DNA of 62,832 nucleotides, filler included, from Bonamia ostreae (GCA_040357525.1; 43 parts of 43 records of this genome joined end to end with filler, not necessarily neighbours in it), one strand, 5' to 3'. Shown: positions 1 to 13,323, counted from the whole stretch's first letter. Notes: generated by a model not told the origin, from the letters alone. Made by a program: numbers and translations.

Positions 1-310
1 CGGCTATTCTTCCCACAGTTACAACATCAAAAGATGTTGTTTTATTTAACAAATCGCTCAAGTGTAAGAAAGAAGAGACTTTGTTTTCAACTATTTCTCT
101 TTCACAGTCTTCAAAACTTTCGGCGCAATCCCCGAGGATTAGCAACAAAGACTTTTCTTTTGAAAAATCTTCCAATTTTGATTTCAGTTTAATGATTTGT
201 GGAATTGGAACGAAAGGGCTAAGTTTTGAAAGTACTTTTTGTTTTTCGGTTTCATCGCAATCTTCGTATATCGGCTGATATAGCAATTTGGGATTTTTGA
301 TATCAGCCAT
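1..310 (-). CDS. Class II DAHP synthase (3-deoxy-7-phosphoheptulonate synthase), N-terminal part, runs off contig
   Basis: Not in the ORF track. Manual translation from ATG 310: MADIKNPKLLYQPIYED...LSPFV...LLLILGDCAESFEDC...DVVTVGRIA. This matches the class II motifs QP, GDCAESF and VGR(I/M)AGQ. Confidence 0.88.
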   Translation of the reverse strand, partial: MADIKNPKLLYQPIYEDCDETEKQKVLSKLSPFVPIPQIIKLKSKLEDFSKEKSLLLILGDCAESFEDCEREIVENKVSSFLHLSDLLNKTTSFDVVTVGRIA

Positions 311-516
311 TTTTGCTAAAATTTTGAGATATTTAGCAATATTAACAAAGCTTAACATTATATCGAAAAAATTTAATGTCATTTTTCTTCAAATATTTTA
401 AAATGCTCTCCAAATATTGTCATTTAAAGAACACAAAAAGCTTTTAACAAATAAAAATATTAGTTTTCTCGTATAAAATTATTTAACCGATTCTCATAAG
501 CCCGAAACAAGCTAAA

Positions 517-1300
517 ATGACAAATTTTGTGACATTGGACAAATTTCCAAACAGTACAATTGGCTCTGTAGACGACGAATCTGATTTGTACTGGAAAAAA
601 TTCAATGTTTTTTTTTCTAATTACTTTAACAAAAAGACGGCATTTTCTTTGAAAAGGGATGAACAAATTAATAACTTGGAATTTGTAAACAGCAAAAACG
701 ATTCTACATTAGTCGTATCAGCGGGTTGCGACGTCATTTTGCGAAAAGATGGAATTTTAGACAAAGAACTTTTAATTTCAAAGTTGAACTTTAAAATGCA
801 AAATTGGCTTAATTATAAAGATTTACGAGAGAAATTAGGACATCGACTCTTAGAAAAGATTCAAAGTTGTTGGCGGCTTCAGGGGATGAGCAAAACGTCA
901 AATTAATCGATCCTCAAAACAAACAATTATTGAGAAAATTAGAAGGACATTCGTTTATATTTTTAAATTTACAAAAATTCTGTTTAAATTTTTTTATCGA
1001 ATTACAAAAATTCTGTTTAAAAATCGCATAAACAATTTCAATTAGCGACATCGTAAAGAAAATATCATTTGACTCGGAAAGTTTGACAAATATTGCATCT
1101 TTTTCAAACGACGGCAATTTTTGGTTTTGGGACATTCCGAGAAACAAAAAAATCGTGAAGATAAAAGCTCACGAAAACGGAATTTCTGACGGTTTCCAAT
1201 GTTACGAAAACAAGCACAATTGGTTCACTGCCGGAAAAAGCGATTCTCTGATCCGCGGATGGGATTTGAGAGCGCCCGAAAATTTTATTTCTTTTAAAAC
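517..1300 (+). CDS. UTP15: UTP15-like WD40 SSU processome subunit (partial); introns 607-636 (in-frame, probable), 783-820, 953-1045
   Basis: Spliced translation gives DLYWKKF...STLRKDSKLLAASGDEQNVKLID...LLRKLEGHSDIV...WFWDIP...IRGWDLR, matching the UTP15 N-terminus and WD repeats. Confidence 0.8.
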
Positions 1301-1747
1301 ATTTTTCAAAATTCAAGTTTTGCCAATTTATTTTATTCAAACTTTCCAAAATTTCCTTTTTATGGACAATTTTATAANNNNNNNNNNNNNNNNNNNNNNN
1401 NNNNNNNNNNNNNNNNNNNNNTTAATTAATTAANNNNNNNNNNNNNNNNNNNNNNNNNNNNNNNNNNNNNNNNNNNNGATAAATTAAAAAGAAGAATCAA
1501 TTGACCAAAAGTTAACAGACTGAAAAGGGCATAAAAATAATAAAATTATTTCCAAAGAAAAATGATAAGAAATAAAATTAACGGAATTTTAAATCTACAA
1601 AAATGCTTCAAAAATTTTCCAATACTAGAAAATATTCGTTTTTAACACAAAATTAGAAAATATTGCGGTTTTTAAATCATTTTAAAAGAAATAGATTTTG
1701 CACAAAATTAAAACATTAAATAAACAATAAAATACAACAAATATTTA

Positions 1748-2394
1748 TTACAAAAGCGACAAGAGGTTGTAAATTCTTGTTTTTCTCAAACGGGACAAAA
1801 TTTGAAATAGCCCAGAAGAAATTGACACCAAAATGAAAAGCAATGCCAGAAATTTGGTCGCGAATATTTTAGCGAAAGGGATTAAAATGCCATTGAAGAA
1901 TAGAGCCGCTAAAATGCGCGTCGCAACAAACAGAATAAAATGAGCCGAAAACAGCTTTGCGTCTGTTTCCGACAATCTTTCATTTTCTTCCACAAATAAT
2001 CGAGCGCAGAGACTTGGAATTTGCGGTAACTCATACAACAACAGAAAGGTCAACAAAAGCAAGCCGTCTAAACCGGACGCCGCGGAACACAAAAGAACGA
2101 CCGAAACTGTAACTCGCAACAATAAGTATCCAATCGTTAGATTTGTGGGCAAAAAACTTTTCCACCATTTTCTTATAATAAAAATTGCCTGGAAAGCGGA
2201 CAGAACGCAAGTTGACATTAGCAACGATTTTAAAACGAGAGATTGTTTTGGGGGAGAATCGAACCACTTTTCCAACACGGAAAATTTCCACGGTTTGTCC
2301 GGGAGATGAGAAAACAAAACGAAAAATCCTGTTAACAAGAAAACGATCGAATAAGAAAAATGGAAAATCGTTTCGTTTCGAGATATATTTATGT
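1748..2394 (-). CDS. Multi-pass membrane protein, possibly TLC (TRAM/LAG1/CLN8) domain; 5' exon(s) unresolved
   Basis: About 200 aa hydrophobic ORF with a YELPQIP..R...F..HF..F...RI pattern reminiscent of TLC proteins. Confidence 0.45.
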
Positions 2395-2953
2395 CTATTT
2401 AATTTATCGTATTTAGACAAAAAATGAAGTGTTTTCTCAACAAAATATCAAATGTCTAACTTGTTGAGTATCTCCGATGAATGCGTTTTTTAAGTTTTAA
2501 AATGGAACTGTTTTGCGATTTAAATGTCATTTGAAAAATGACAGTGGTTTTAAAGTTTTCGTTAGCAATGTTTTTATCTCGTCAAAATTATAACATTGTT
2601 TGATAAAATTTTTCGATTATAATAAAGTGATTTAGCTTTCATAACGTCGTCTTTGTTAGACGAAAAACTGATAATCGCGAACATAAAATTTACAAAAAGG
2701 CTAAAAACTGATAATTACGATTTTAAGACATATTTAATGAAATATATTTTCCAATTCCTTCAACTCAATGAACGAAACTACAAAGTAAAAACATCAGTAA
2801 TTTGTAGAACATGAGATTTAACGATACAATTTCAATTTTCAATATGCTAAAAANNNNNNNNNNNNNNNNNNNNNNNNNNNNNNNNNNNNNNNNNNNNTTA
2901 ATTAATTAANNNNNNNNNNNNNNNNNNNNNNNNNNNNNNNNNNNNNNNNNNNN

Positions 2954-4290
2954 TACCCAAAAGCATGTGAGCCCTTTATTTTCTGACATTTTTAATTGTC
3001 TCAAATGAGATTTGCGCTTCCAATTGCAACTTCAAAGTCGTACTCAATTTGAGGAGTACAGTGGTTATTAAGGATTGTGCTTTTTTGTTATTTTGTCATC
3101 AAATTTTATTGCTATTTTTCTTCAAAATTTTTTTACTTTTTTTAGACTTTATTTTTAGCTGCATTTTAATCAAAAATTTTGATAATACAACTTTCAGGAA
3201 CTAAGTGTATTGAAGCAATTATAGGTTTGTGATCTGAATTAATTTTTCCAAAGTCGATCTTTTATTAATCACGATATTTTCATTGTGAAGTTAGATCCAC
3301 TTTAGACTCCGTTTTCTGGTGTCGGTGAGAGTTATAATTGATTTTGTTATTTTTAGGAAATATTGTACATTTTTAGCTCTTTTTTTTCTACGAAATTCTT
3401 TGCTGTTTGAATTTTGTATAATTTTGGGGTGTTGATAAAGTCGCCCAGTAAACAAAGATTGCTTGACTGCAAGATGTCTAAATATGTTAGATCTTCGCCG
3501 GAATAAATCGGCGAATGTAGATGTAAACAAAAAGGGTTGTGTAATTTCCCAATATTTGAACTTCTAACAGTTCAGTTTTTTCTATTGTTGGTCTTTTCCA
3601 GTTTTTGTAATTAATGTAGTCTCTGTTGAAAATTGCGACTCCTCCACCTCTTTTGTCATTCTGAGAATTGAAAATTCCAATATTCTTAAATTCTCTTGCA
3701 AAAATAGGATGTCCACATTATTATTTTTTATTGATTTTTCAGATATCTATTGTTTACGTTCATCTAATTTATCATTTAAGCTTCTTGTTTTTAAATTCAA
3801 AATTTTATATCCAAATATTTCTGTTTTTAATAAATTATTAGTATTTTTAAAATAATTTTTCCTTATTAATTATTTATTTTCCGTATGCATAAATTTACAT
3901 AATTTTCATTTTTATATAAAATTTATTATTCGAATAGACATAATTTTTAAATTAAATGAATATTTTAGATAACTGTAAGATTTTCATTTAATATACATTC
4001 ACCTTTATATTTGAATTTCTGAACCTTATTTTATTTTCAGTTTAACTTCGTCAAAACTTTATGAAAACAATTTTTCAGATATGTATTTTATCATTTTGTT
4101 GATAACTTTGTTTGTCGTTTTGACCACTTTTTTAATCTGCACTGTGACTTTCGAAACACAGTTTATACATTTTATCTTCTTTTTTTCCGCTTCTTGGAAA
4201 TATCGAATAATCCTTTAAACAAAGATTTGTATAATGAAATCGGAAGCACTTTACACATTGAATTTTTAAATATGACTTCCATTTTTCAAT
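2954..4290 (-). mobile_element. Decayed non-LTR retrotransposon (LINE): ORF1 zinc knuckle plus ORF2 APE endonuclease
   Basis: Minus strand gives KIQCVKCFRFHYTNLC (~4200-4270), then KTRSLNDKLDE, DILFLQE, RGGGVAI, LLGDF and SDHKPI motifs (3190-3810), interrupted by stops and frameshifts. Confidence 0.8.
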
Positions 4291-4589
4291 TTTATTGTAT
4301 TAATAACCAATTTGCAATTTTTAATGTAANNNNNNNNNNNNNNNNNNNNNNNNNNNNNNNNNNNNNNNNNNNNTTAATTAATTAANNNNNNNNNNNNNNN
4401 NNNNNNNNNNNNNNNNNNNNNNNNNNNNNTTTCCTCAACCTCTTTTCACGGGATTGGATTCGGTTATTCGAAGATACTTAATCAAATTGTTCTTTTTTAT
4501 TTTTATTATTCTTTTTTAGTGTTCATTTTTCCCTTTTTTTAGTTAAATAAAATTTAATCATATTTCTCCTGAAAATAATGTTATTTTTT

Positions 4590-5730
4590 AAACATTTTTT
4601 GTTTTCCTTACCTAAGCTCCATTTAGGATGATGAGAATTAAAGTCTCTCATTATTAAAGTGTTCAGAAGACATAAATTTTCGATTAATTTTAAATTTTTT
4701 CATCGACAAATTGATGAACGTAAATATTAGTTATATGAATGTCTTTTTTTATTTTTAATTGTTAAAGTGTATTCAATACCATTTTTTAAATCATAAATAT
4801 TTACATTTTTAATTTTTATTCCATTTTTAATAAAAAAGCAACCTAAACAAAATTTTCTGCAATAAAAATTATTTTCAACAAAAAAGAAGCCTACAATATC
4901 ATTAAATAAAACATTTTCGATGAAAATACAATTATTAAAATGGAAAAAGAATTTTATATTGCCATTCCGAACTTATACATGAACACTCCCCAAGATTTAA
5001 TCAAAGAAGCATTAGAAATGTCTTTAAAAAACGCAAAAAAAATTTAATTTTGAACTCAAAAATAAACTTAAAAGATTATTAAATTTTATTTTTTTATTTA
5101 AATACATTTTTTTAATTTTATTTGGTTTNNNNNNNNNNTAAAAAAATAAAAAAAATTTAATTTACAACAAAAAAATAAACTTAAAATATACTTCTAAAGA
5201 AAGAAGCACTTTAAAAGTATACTTTAACAATGAAAATTCAAAAAACGAATCCTTATAACGTAAAAAGATACAAATTGGCTACAAATTTTACAAAATTAAA
5301 AAATAGTCTTCAAAATTAAAAATACAACACAGAAAATGCATTCTCTTTCATCATACAAATTTGTGTTTCAAAAATTATTAAATTTTATTTTTTTATTTAA
5401 ATACATTTTTTTAATTTTATTTGGTTTTTGTTTTATTTCTTTTATTGTCATTTTTAATTTCATTTCTAAGTCTGAAGGTTATTGTGTGGTGGTTTATTTG
5501 GATTTAATAATGTTTCCAGACTTAAATTTGTCTGTTTTACAAAGGGCATTTTATATCGTCAGATTTATGCTTTCCAAAGCAGTTTAAGTATTTCAATTTA
5601 AAACAGAAGTTGTTGTCAAACATTTTTTCTCAACATTTTGGACAATAAATAACAGACTTTCTCAGAGTCTCGTATAATGAAGTTTACAACATCGATTGCA
5701 TTGTATTTTATATATCGTTTCCGAATTTTT
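4590..5730 (-). mobile_element. Second decayed copy of the same LINE family (ORF1 knuckles plus endonuclease remnant)
   Basis: KIQCNRCCKLHYTRL*, YCPKC and LNCFGKHKSDDIKCP (5535-5720); LIMRDFNSHHPKWS, a GDFNAHHxxW-like motif, at ~4600-4665. Confidence 0.7.
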
Positions 5731-6035
5731 CAATCTATAATTTTTAAACCCAATTTCGTTATTTCTTGATGTTTCACCAAAAGGAATGTGCTTCTTTTTA
5801 ACAAANNNNNNNNNNNNNNNNNNNNNNNNNNNNNNNNNNNNNNNNNNNNTTAATTAATTAANNNNNNNNNNNNNNNNNNNNNNNNNNNNNNNNNNNNNNN
5901 NNNNNTTCTAGATAAGATTAAAGTTGCCATAATTTTTCCTTAATTGACTAAAACAGACAAACAGAAATATAACATTAGGAACATCCGATATTGTAGATTA
6001 CTTAGAGCTTTAAAATATTGCATTTTGCTCTTCAA

Positions 6036-7280
6036 ATGAAAAAATTGTATTTTAAAATTGATAGAAAGCAATCTGGTGTCGTTGGTCTCATTCCCGAAAA
6101 CAAAGAAGATATATGGCATCTTTATAATCTTATTTCTATCGGAGATAAAATACAAGCTTTTACTGATAGAAAAGTTGTTAGCACCGCAAAAACTAATCCA
6201 TCGACATTTGTTTTTAGAATTTAATTTCAAAATTGATATTAATGATCTGAAAATCACACTATTTTTCGAATTTTCAAATTTTGATTTTAAAATAAAAAGA
6301 GAGTGCGAATTCGCCTAAAAATACAAATAGAGTCGATTAACGTCGATTTGGACGCGTGTTCGCTAAGACTTTCCGGAAGAAACAAGACTTTAAGCCCTCA
6401 CATCCAATTAGAGCAATATCACACGATCACTTTGCAGTTGAACCAAAAATTCGAAATAGACAAAGAACATTGGGACGTTTTGTCCAAAAATCGTCTTAAA
6501 ATGGCTTTAAACAACAGCGCCAATGCCGAACTTGCTGTTATCTTAATGGACAATGTTAAATTTGTAAAACAATTAAAAAGGGCTCCGCAAATTTATATTT
6601 GATAGCGCCAAATTTGACTTTACACAAAGCAACCGTAAATGTTGCTATTCCGAAAAAGAGAAACTATTCGGCGAAAAAACATTCTGCCGTTTTTAATTTG
6701 ATTTTAAGGCGATCACAAAATTTTACGATAAAATATTGATAGCGATCAAAGCAAATGTAGATTTTGTGGTAGTAAAATGTCTCGTTGTTGCATCTCCGGG
6801 ATTTTATAAAGTTTCAAAAATTCAAATTTTTAAAGGACGATTTTAAAAAATGGCTTAAGGAGAATTTGAAAAAAGTGAGCATTAAAGAAATTGCAGAAAA
6901 TTTTGACAAGTTCGTTTTTTGCCATTCTTCTTCGTCGTATAAGTTTACAAATTGCAAAATTTAGAGATGGACTAGAAAGCTTACTCAACAGCAAAGAAGT
7001 CCAAGATTCGATCAAAAATACAAAATTTTTCGAGGAATCCAAAATATTTGATGACTTTTTAAGGATTTTGGCAAAACATCCCGATAAAGCTGTTTACGGT
7101 TTTAAAAACGTTCGAAAAGCTGTTTCTCGTAAAGCTGTGCGGGATTTGCTTGTTACGGACGATTTTATTAGGGGATCGGATGTAACAATGAGGAAACAAA
7201 TCGCTGCTATTTCCAACAATACACAAAAACAACGTGGGAAAGTTCATGTTTTGTCTAGTCTTAGTTCGCCAGGAGAACGT
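6036..7280 (+). CDS. PELO: Pelota/Dom34 ribosome-rescue factor (3' partial); introns 6210-6299, 6555-6580, 6689-6708, 6811-6835, 6943-6964
   Basis: Removing five GT-AG introns gives a continuous pelota: PENKEDIWHLYNLI..GD...TDRKV...LRLSGRN...QYHT...IPKKR...KCLVVASPGFYKDDF...AVYG...VHVLSS. Confidence 0.96.
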
Positions 7281-7572
7281 NNNNNNNNNNNNNNNNNNNN
7301 NNNNNNNNNNNNNNNNNNNNNNNNTTAATTAATTAANNNNNNNNNNNNNNNNNNNNNNNNNNNNNNNNNNNNNNNNNNNNCTACCATTAGAATTTCATCA
7401 CACCAGCTAGGGTAGTGAATGAAGGTAAAACACGAGTACGCAATTCCCGAGAAGAACATTACAATGAAATTTTACTATACATATTCCTATGTGAAAAGAT
7501 GTACATGTGAATATTTCGGGGGAGAGTGTTTTATTAATGAGACTGAGCTATATTTGTTTTTTTTTTAAAGAA

Positions 7573-7748
7573 GGTAACCACTCTGGACTGACAATATCAG
7601 TTGGAGATAACAGTGGGCGCAAGTGCTACAGCGGTTTGTTCCCTGAAAATACAGGGACTATATTCTGCAACAGAGTATTAAAAACGAAAATATTGAACAT
7701 AACATTTGATTTGGAAATTGAAGTCCAAGAAGTGGAGGTTTATGGAGG
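7573..7748 (+). CDS. Host exon, possible fucolectin/galactose-binding-like domain fragment
   Basis: Exon-like stretch ending EVQEVEVYG followed by a canonical gtaag donor. Confidence 0.4.
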
Positions 7749-8854
7749 TAAGATTAAGAGTATGGAAATGACACGATCGCTTACACGATACGTTCACTCT
7801 GCTCCAAACTCAAATTCAAGCTCCATTTTGGCTAGTATTCTCATTTGATGGTTGTTAATTTGGATTTTTTCTAAGAACAAGGCCATGGACCACCAAAATT
7901 ACCCGATCTTTGAACTTAGTGATATCATCACCAAATACTCTTTGAACGACAAACGGTTGTCGTTTTTCGATATTTCTAAAACCTTGATCCGTGTGATGAT
8001 GNNNNNNNNNNGATTAGCAAACTTGTCCTCGTCTTAAGGTATGCCCCCTTCAAGACGGTAGCATCTATTTTTCGAAATAGGGGTTAGAAAGGAGGGGCGG
8101 AAAAGAAGTTCAGTTTACGACTACCTAACAATTCTTTGCAAGCCAATAAGAGACTGCAACTAAAGCACGACATATAAACGAGGTGTATCTAATTTAGTTC
8201 TTCAGTTCAGTCTCACTTTTACACTGTGTAGTATGACTGCCATCAAAATGGGGGCACCTGGTGAATCAAAGTTTGCACGTAAAATGAAATGCCTTTGTAC
8301 GTAATAATAACAGAAAAAGTATATTGATTAAACTTCAGGGGGGGGGGGGCATATTTGTCAAGATAAACCGCATTAAACCTTTAAAGGATAACATGCCATT
8401 GGTAACGTTGTAGAAGTATTGGACTACTGGTAAAACTGTCTAGTGACATTAACTGGAAATTTTGCAACATTGATCGCCCTTGCCATCAAAGTTTATTGGC
8501 ACAAAATTTTATTTGGATACATACTCGTAATTGTGATAGTATTTTGTCCCTTTACGAAGCTCGATATTTGAAAAATGTAGGAAAAGTGGTAAATGTTCAT
8601 ACACTTAAAGGGTCATGGGTTTTAGATACCGAGAAATTTTCGTGGGTTTCCCTATCCCATGAATTTCAAAAAAAATCATAAAAATAACTGAGAGCTTGTA
8701 TCACCCTTTCAATTGAATAAAAGCTATCTTAAGACATTCGTCCTAATTGGTTCCNNNNNNNNNNNNNNNNNNNNNNNNNNNNNNNNNNNNNNNNNNNNTT
8801 AATTAATTAANNNNNNNNNNNNNNNNNNNNNNNNNNNNNNNNNNNNNNNNNNNN

Positions 8855-10210
8855 TATCTGGAAAAATGTTTTTGCAGATCACTTTAAATTTCAAATAATC
8901 AAAAATTTTCTTTTTTAAATCACTTTTTAACAGAAAATTCATAATATTTCATTTAGACATTTACATTCCGAAAGAAGCTGTTAATCCAGAAATGCGACTG
9001 GAAAACTTTGAAATGGCTAAAAATAAGGAATCGACTTTGATATCGATAAATCCGTTGGCTGCGTTCAGATTGGCTGTCTGCACTGAAGAAAACTTTGTTT
9101 TACCCGAAATAAGTCTCTCTTCGAGAGATTGCTTGAGAGTTTATGACGCAATGACTAAGTTTTTTTTAACGTTATCGCTTTTTTTGCAAAATTTATTTTA
9201 AGACGATCGAAAATTTATTTTAAGCAAAATTTTAAGACGACCGAAAATTTATTTTAAACAAAATCAATTTTAAAGAAAATTTATTTTAAGACGATCGAAA
9301 TTTATTTTAAACACAATTTTAAGACGATCGAAATTTATTTTAAACAAAATTTTAAGACGACCGAAAATTTATTTTAGACAAAATGTATTTTAAGACGAAC
9401 GAAAACTTTTTAGTCGCAAATTAATATTTTTAGCCAAAATTTTGTAAATTTCTCTTTTAAAAAATCACAAAAAGAACATTGAAAGAACTCAAAAAAGAAG
9501 AAAACAACGACAAAACAATCACCGAAATTAAAGCTTTGGATCCCGAAAAGTACTTCAAATCGCCTTGCATCACCAAAAATCAAGTGACGACTTATGGCAA
9601 AGAACTGAAAAAACTCATCTCAACTTGGCATCGCCAAGGAAACTGGAACCTGGTTTCGCATTAAAAACAATTCGAAACTCAAAATAGGTCGATAAAGTTC
9701 TCATATCTTTATCGAAAAATCTTCTCGACAAAATCAAAAAAATGGAGTCGCAAGAACAAAAACACGACTCCGAAAACCCGACAAAACAAACAAAAAGTCC
9801 GAAAAAGAAACAGAAAAAAGATCTGTTGAAAAACTTGAAACTTTCGCCGTTGCCCAAAACGACGTTGAAGAGATACGACGGTCCCTATTCGGATGACTTT
9901 CTGCTGCGCCAGATAGTGCCTTTGCTCGTTGAAATGAGGAACAACTCGGATTTGCCGGCGATCGTTTTTGGGGGCAGCCAGAAAATCTGCGACGCGATGC
10001 TTTTGGAGACTTTGAAGTACTTGGAGACAAACGAAAGTTTCGTGATTTCGAAAAACGATTTGAAAGAGCGAAAACGAGCTCAGAAAGACAAGTTGAAGAA
10101 GATGAAAGCTTGGAAAAGAGAACGAGATCGGATTGAAAAAAAGAAAGAAGAAGAGATGTTGAGAGATGGGACGATTCCCGATGAGATTAATGCTGACGAA
10201 GACGAAGAGG
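8855..10210 (+). CDS. DDX60-like (Ski2-family) RNA helicase, internal fragment; introns 8868-8956, 9159-9474, 9653-9687
   Basis: YLEKYIY...INPLAA...LSSRDCLRVYDAM...LDPEKYF...ITKNQVTTYGKELK...W...LPAIVF...C resembles the DDX60 region between the RecA domains. Confidence 0.7.
9185..9410. repeat. Intronic degenerate tandem repeat (TTTTAAGACGAYCGAAAATTTATTTTAA units)
   Basis: About 6 copies inside the 316-nt intron of the DDX60-like gene. Confidence 0.9.
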
Positions 10211-10637
10211 TTTTGTAACAATTATTNNNNNNNNNNNNNNNNNNNNNNNNNNNNNNNNNNNNNNNNNNNNTTAATTAATTAANNNNNNNNNNNNNNNNNN
10301 NNNNNNNNNNNNNNNNNNNNNNNNNNTAAAAGTTCTTTAGAATGGCTGAGTAATGTTGTATATTGAAGTCAGTTGTTTTGTTAAAATGTTAATGAAGATA
10401 CTATTCCATTCCAATAAATTTGTTCTCGTTGTATATTTCTTGTCACCCGTACTCACTTGTGAGATAGTGGATTGAGCAAACGTAAATGCTGATGGGCGCC
10501 TTTTGGTTTCACAAACTGTGTCTTACGTTTTCTGATATTAAGAATTTGAATTATTTTCAGATTATCTCCCTATGTATTGCTATATGATTTGCTGCATTGG
10601 TCTTTTAACCAGATGACAATACTGCAGTATGCCTTAC

Positions 10638-10925
10638 TTTCAGTGACATCCACACATATTTTCTCACTTGCACCTTCTCCTGCCACACTAAGAGCGACAC
10701 ATTGGTAGGAACATTTCGCTTCCTTTAGGAATGTACTCAAGTTGATCGTTTGCGTATAGTGAAATGGTCCTTTCTTTTCCAGCGACGCCTTTTTCTCTCC
10801 TAAGCATACCACTTCTCCATTTTCCAGCCAGTGTACTTCTCTTATGTCCCATTTGGAAAAAATGTCTGCCTTGATTTTGTATGTTCCAGGAGAGTGTTCA
10901 GGTGTTATGGTTACTTTGGGAGGAT
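10638..10925 (-). CDS. Host immunoglobulin-like domain exon (phase 1-1, 288 nt)
   Basis: DPPKVTI...VHW...YQCVALSVAGEGAS..I.V.V flanked by a tttag acceptor and gtaag donor. Confidence 0.75.
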
Positions 10926-11797
10926 CTAAATGGATATACAATATTAGATAATATAAATGTATAGTAATACAAAATCAAACTGGCAAACACAGACAGACTC
11001 TCGGACAAACCAAAGTTGGTATATCATTTATAGGAGTAGAGAGCAGTCCCTTTTGACCGCTGTACATCTTGAATGAGTCATGCAGAGTATTTGGTAGTCA
11101 GAATCAGTATTCGAGGAACGGCCTCACAATATACCCGATATCTGAAGGCCGATTACTTCATTTTACACCAGATGTGATCAATTTATTTCGCAGTAAATAA
11201 TACCTCCATAATCTACTGAGATGAACACAATTCGCAGACATTTTTTGTTATTTTTGTTATTGTCTTTTCAAATTATAAAATCAGCTTCACAAGATCATGC
11301 TAAAAGGAACAAAAACTATATAATCTTCTTTTACCGGTAAAATTGATTTCTTTATAAAACGACGTTATTTTCAAGTACCTTAACTTCCAATATTTGACAC
11401 TATATATAGATATCGAATATGTAAAATAAAATTTCGCTTTTTATACGATATTTAGAGGTGATAATGTTTGAATTGAGCGCCTTTCATAATTGAAACATTT
11501 GTACATCGGCCACTCAAGAGTAAGAAGGTAAAAAGAATTAATCAAATAATTTTGGTTGCGTTGGTCCATTTGAAAATATATCAAAGAAAAATACATCCAA
11601 TAGACTATACGATGCACTTTTCAATTAAAGGACATAGTATACCTTTCATTCGAGAACTAAATGATGCCCATTTGCACTACAAATCATTATCTTCCATNNN
11701 NNNNNNNNNNNNNNNNNNNNNNNNNNNNNNNNNNNNNNNNNTTAATTAATTAANNNNNNNNNNNNNNNNNNNNNNNNNNNNNNNNNNNNNNNNNNNN

Positions 11798-11960
11798 ATT
11801 TTTTGCAATTTTGTAAATTTATGTTTTCGATTGCCAAAATTGATTTTTTGCAATTTTATAAATTTCTGTTTTAGATTTCCAAAATCGATTTTTTGCAATT
11901 TTATAAATTTCTGTTTTCGATTGACAAAATCGATTTTTTGCGATTTTATAAATTTTATAA
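11798..11960. repeat. 45-nt tandem repeat (AAAATCGATTTTTTGCAATTTTATAAATTTCTGTTTT...), probably intronic
   Basis: AAAAT register at 11836, 11881 and 11926; lies directly upstream of a RhoGAP exon. Confidence 0.85.
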
Positions 11961-12540
11961 ATTACTAAAAAAGATTCCTGAAAAAGGAAAAGCAGTCTTA
12001 AAACACATGGCCGTTTTTCTAACAAATTTGGCACAAAACGAAAAAATCACCAAAATGGACTTGTCAAATCTCGCCATCGTCTTTACACCTACTCTCACTC
12101 GAATTGAGACGACAAAGGATATTTCCAAAATGATGTTAATCAACGACCATCTCCAAACGTTTTCTCCCTCTTTACAAAAAAATCTATTTTTTCAAAATTT
12201 GAAAAAATCTATTTTTCATCTTAACAAAATTTGGAAATTAAAAACATTGTCCAAAACCATTTTTTAATATTCAAAAAAAAATAGTTTTGTTGTATATTTA
12301 TTGCTATATTACGAGAACCAAAAATCTGAATTAGCAGTCCCTCCTCCGATCCCCAAAAAAGGAATGAGAAGACTAATATCGGTGTTAAAAAGCGAAGACG
12401 AAAGCGCACAGGAAGACATGACAATAGAAGATTTTATTGTTAGTGGGAAAATGGATGAAAGTCTGAGAAAGATGGAGGTTAGTGCAGATGAAAATGACGA
12501 GTTGTGTCATTTGGAAGAAGACAACACAGAATTATCATAA
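11960..12540 (+). CDS. RhoGAP domain protein, C-terminal part; intron 12159-12284
   Basis: IPEKGKAVLKHMAVFLTNLAQNEKITKMDLSNLAIVFTPTL is the RhoGAP KM..SNLAIVF.PTL signature. Confidence 0.85.
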
Positions 12541-13029
12541 ATTTTTGTCTTTTTTTCTAATCTTTAAATTTTTGTAATGATATTTTTAATAAATTTTTGT
12601 ACTTTCAATAGAACATTTTTTTATAAAATAGATTTTTAAAATTTTTGTAAAATTTTAACGAACAAAATATTGTGATATCTTTTTGTAATAAAAAGATTTT
12701 ATGCAATTTAATTGCTTTGATTTATAAAACCGACAAAATTAAAAAAAATAGCAAATTTAAAATTTTAGTTTTAATGGAAAGAATTAAAATTTATTCAAAA
12801 TATTGTTCTTCTTTTACATTGATCAATCTGAAAAAATCTCTTTCTTCGATAATGTTTTTGGCCAAACTTTCAAATTTTTTTTCGAGTCTTTTCTCAATTT
12901 TTTGTTTCTTTTTCGGTGTCGAAAATATCACTTTTTTTATAGTTCTTTTTATTATTTTTTGGGATTCCCAAAAATTTATCGCTTCTTCAACCATTTTCTT
13001 TTTATTTTTTGCACAAATTATTTTTTTTC

Positions 13030-13168
13030 GCCAAAAAATAAAATTTTGTTTTTGATTAAAATCGTTTTATCGCAAAAAATAAAATTTTGTTTTTGATTAA
13101 AATCGTTTTATCGCAAAAAATAAAATTTTGTTTTTGATTAAAATCGTTTTATCGCAAAAAATAAAATT
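13030..13168. repeat. 41-nt near-perfect tandem repeat at contig end
   Basis: CGCAAAAAATAAAATTTTGTTTTTGATTAAAATCGTTTTAT starting at 13071, 13112 and 13153, with a variant copy near 13030. Confidence 0.92.
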
Positions 13169-13323
13169 NNNNNNNNNNNNNNNNNNNNNNNNNNNNNNNN
13201 NNNNNNNNNNNNTTAATTAATTAANNNNNNNNNNNNNNNNNNNNNNNNNNNNNNNNNNNNNNNNNNNNTTTAACCATTTCTAGATAAGATTTATGATAAA
13301 GCTTAAATATAATTCCGCAAAGA

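Noticed and set aside
5060-5430. Duplicated ~60-nt AT-rich block near a short N gap
   Set aside because: One copy abuts a scaffold gap (5129-5138); likely a local assembly artefact.
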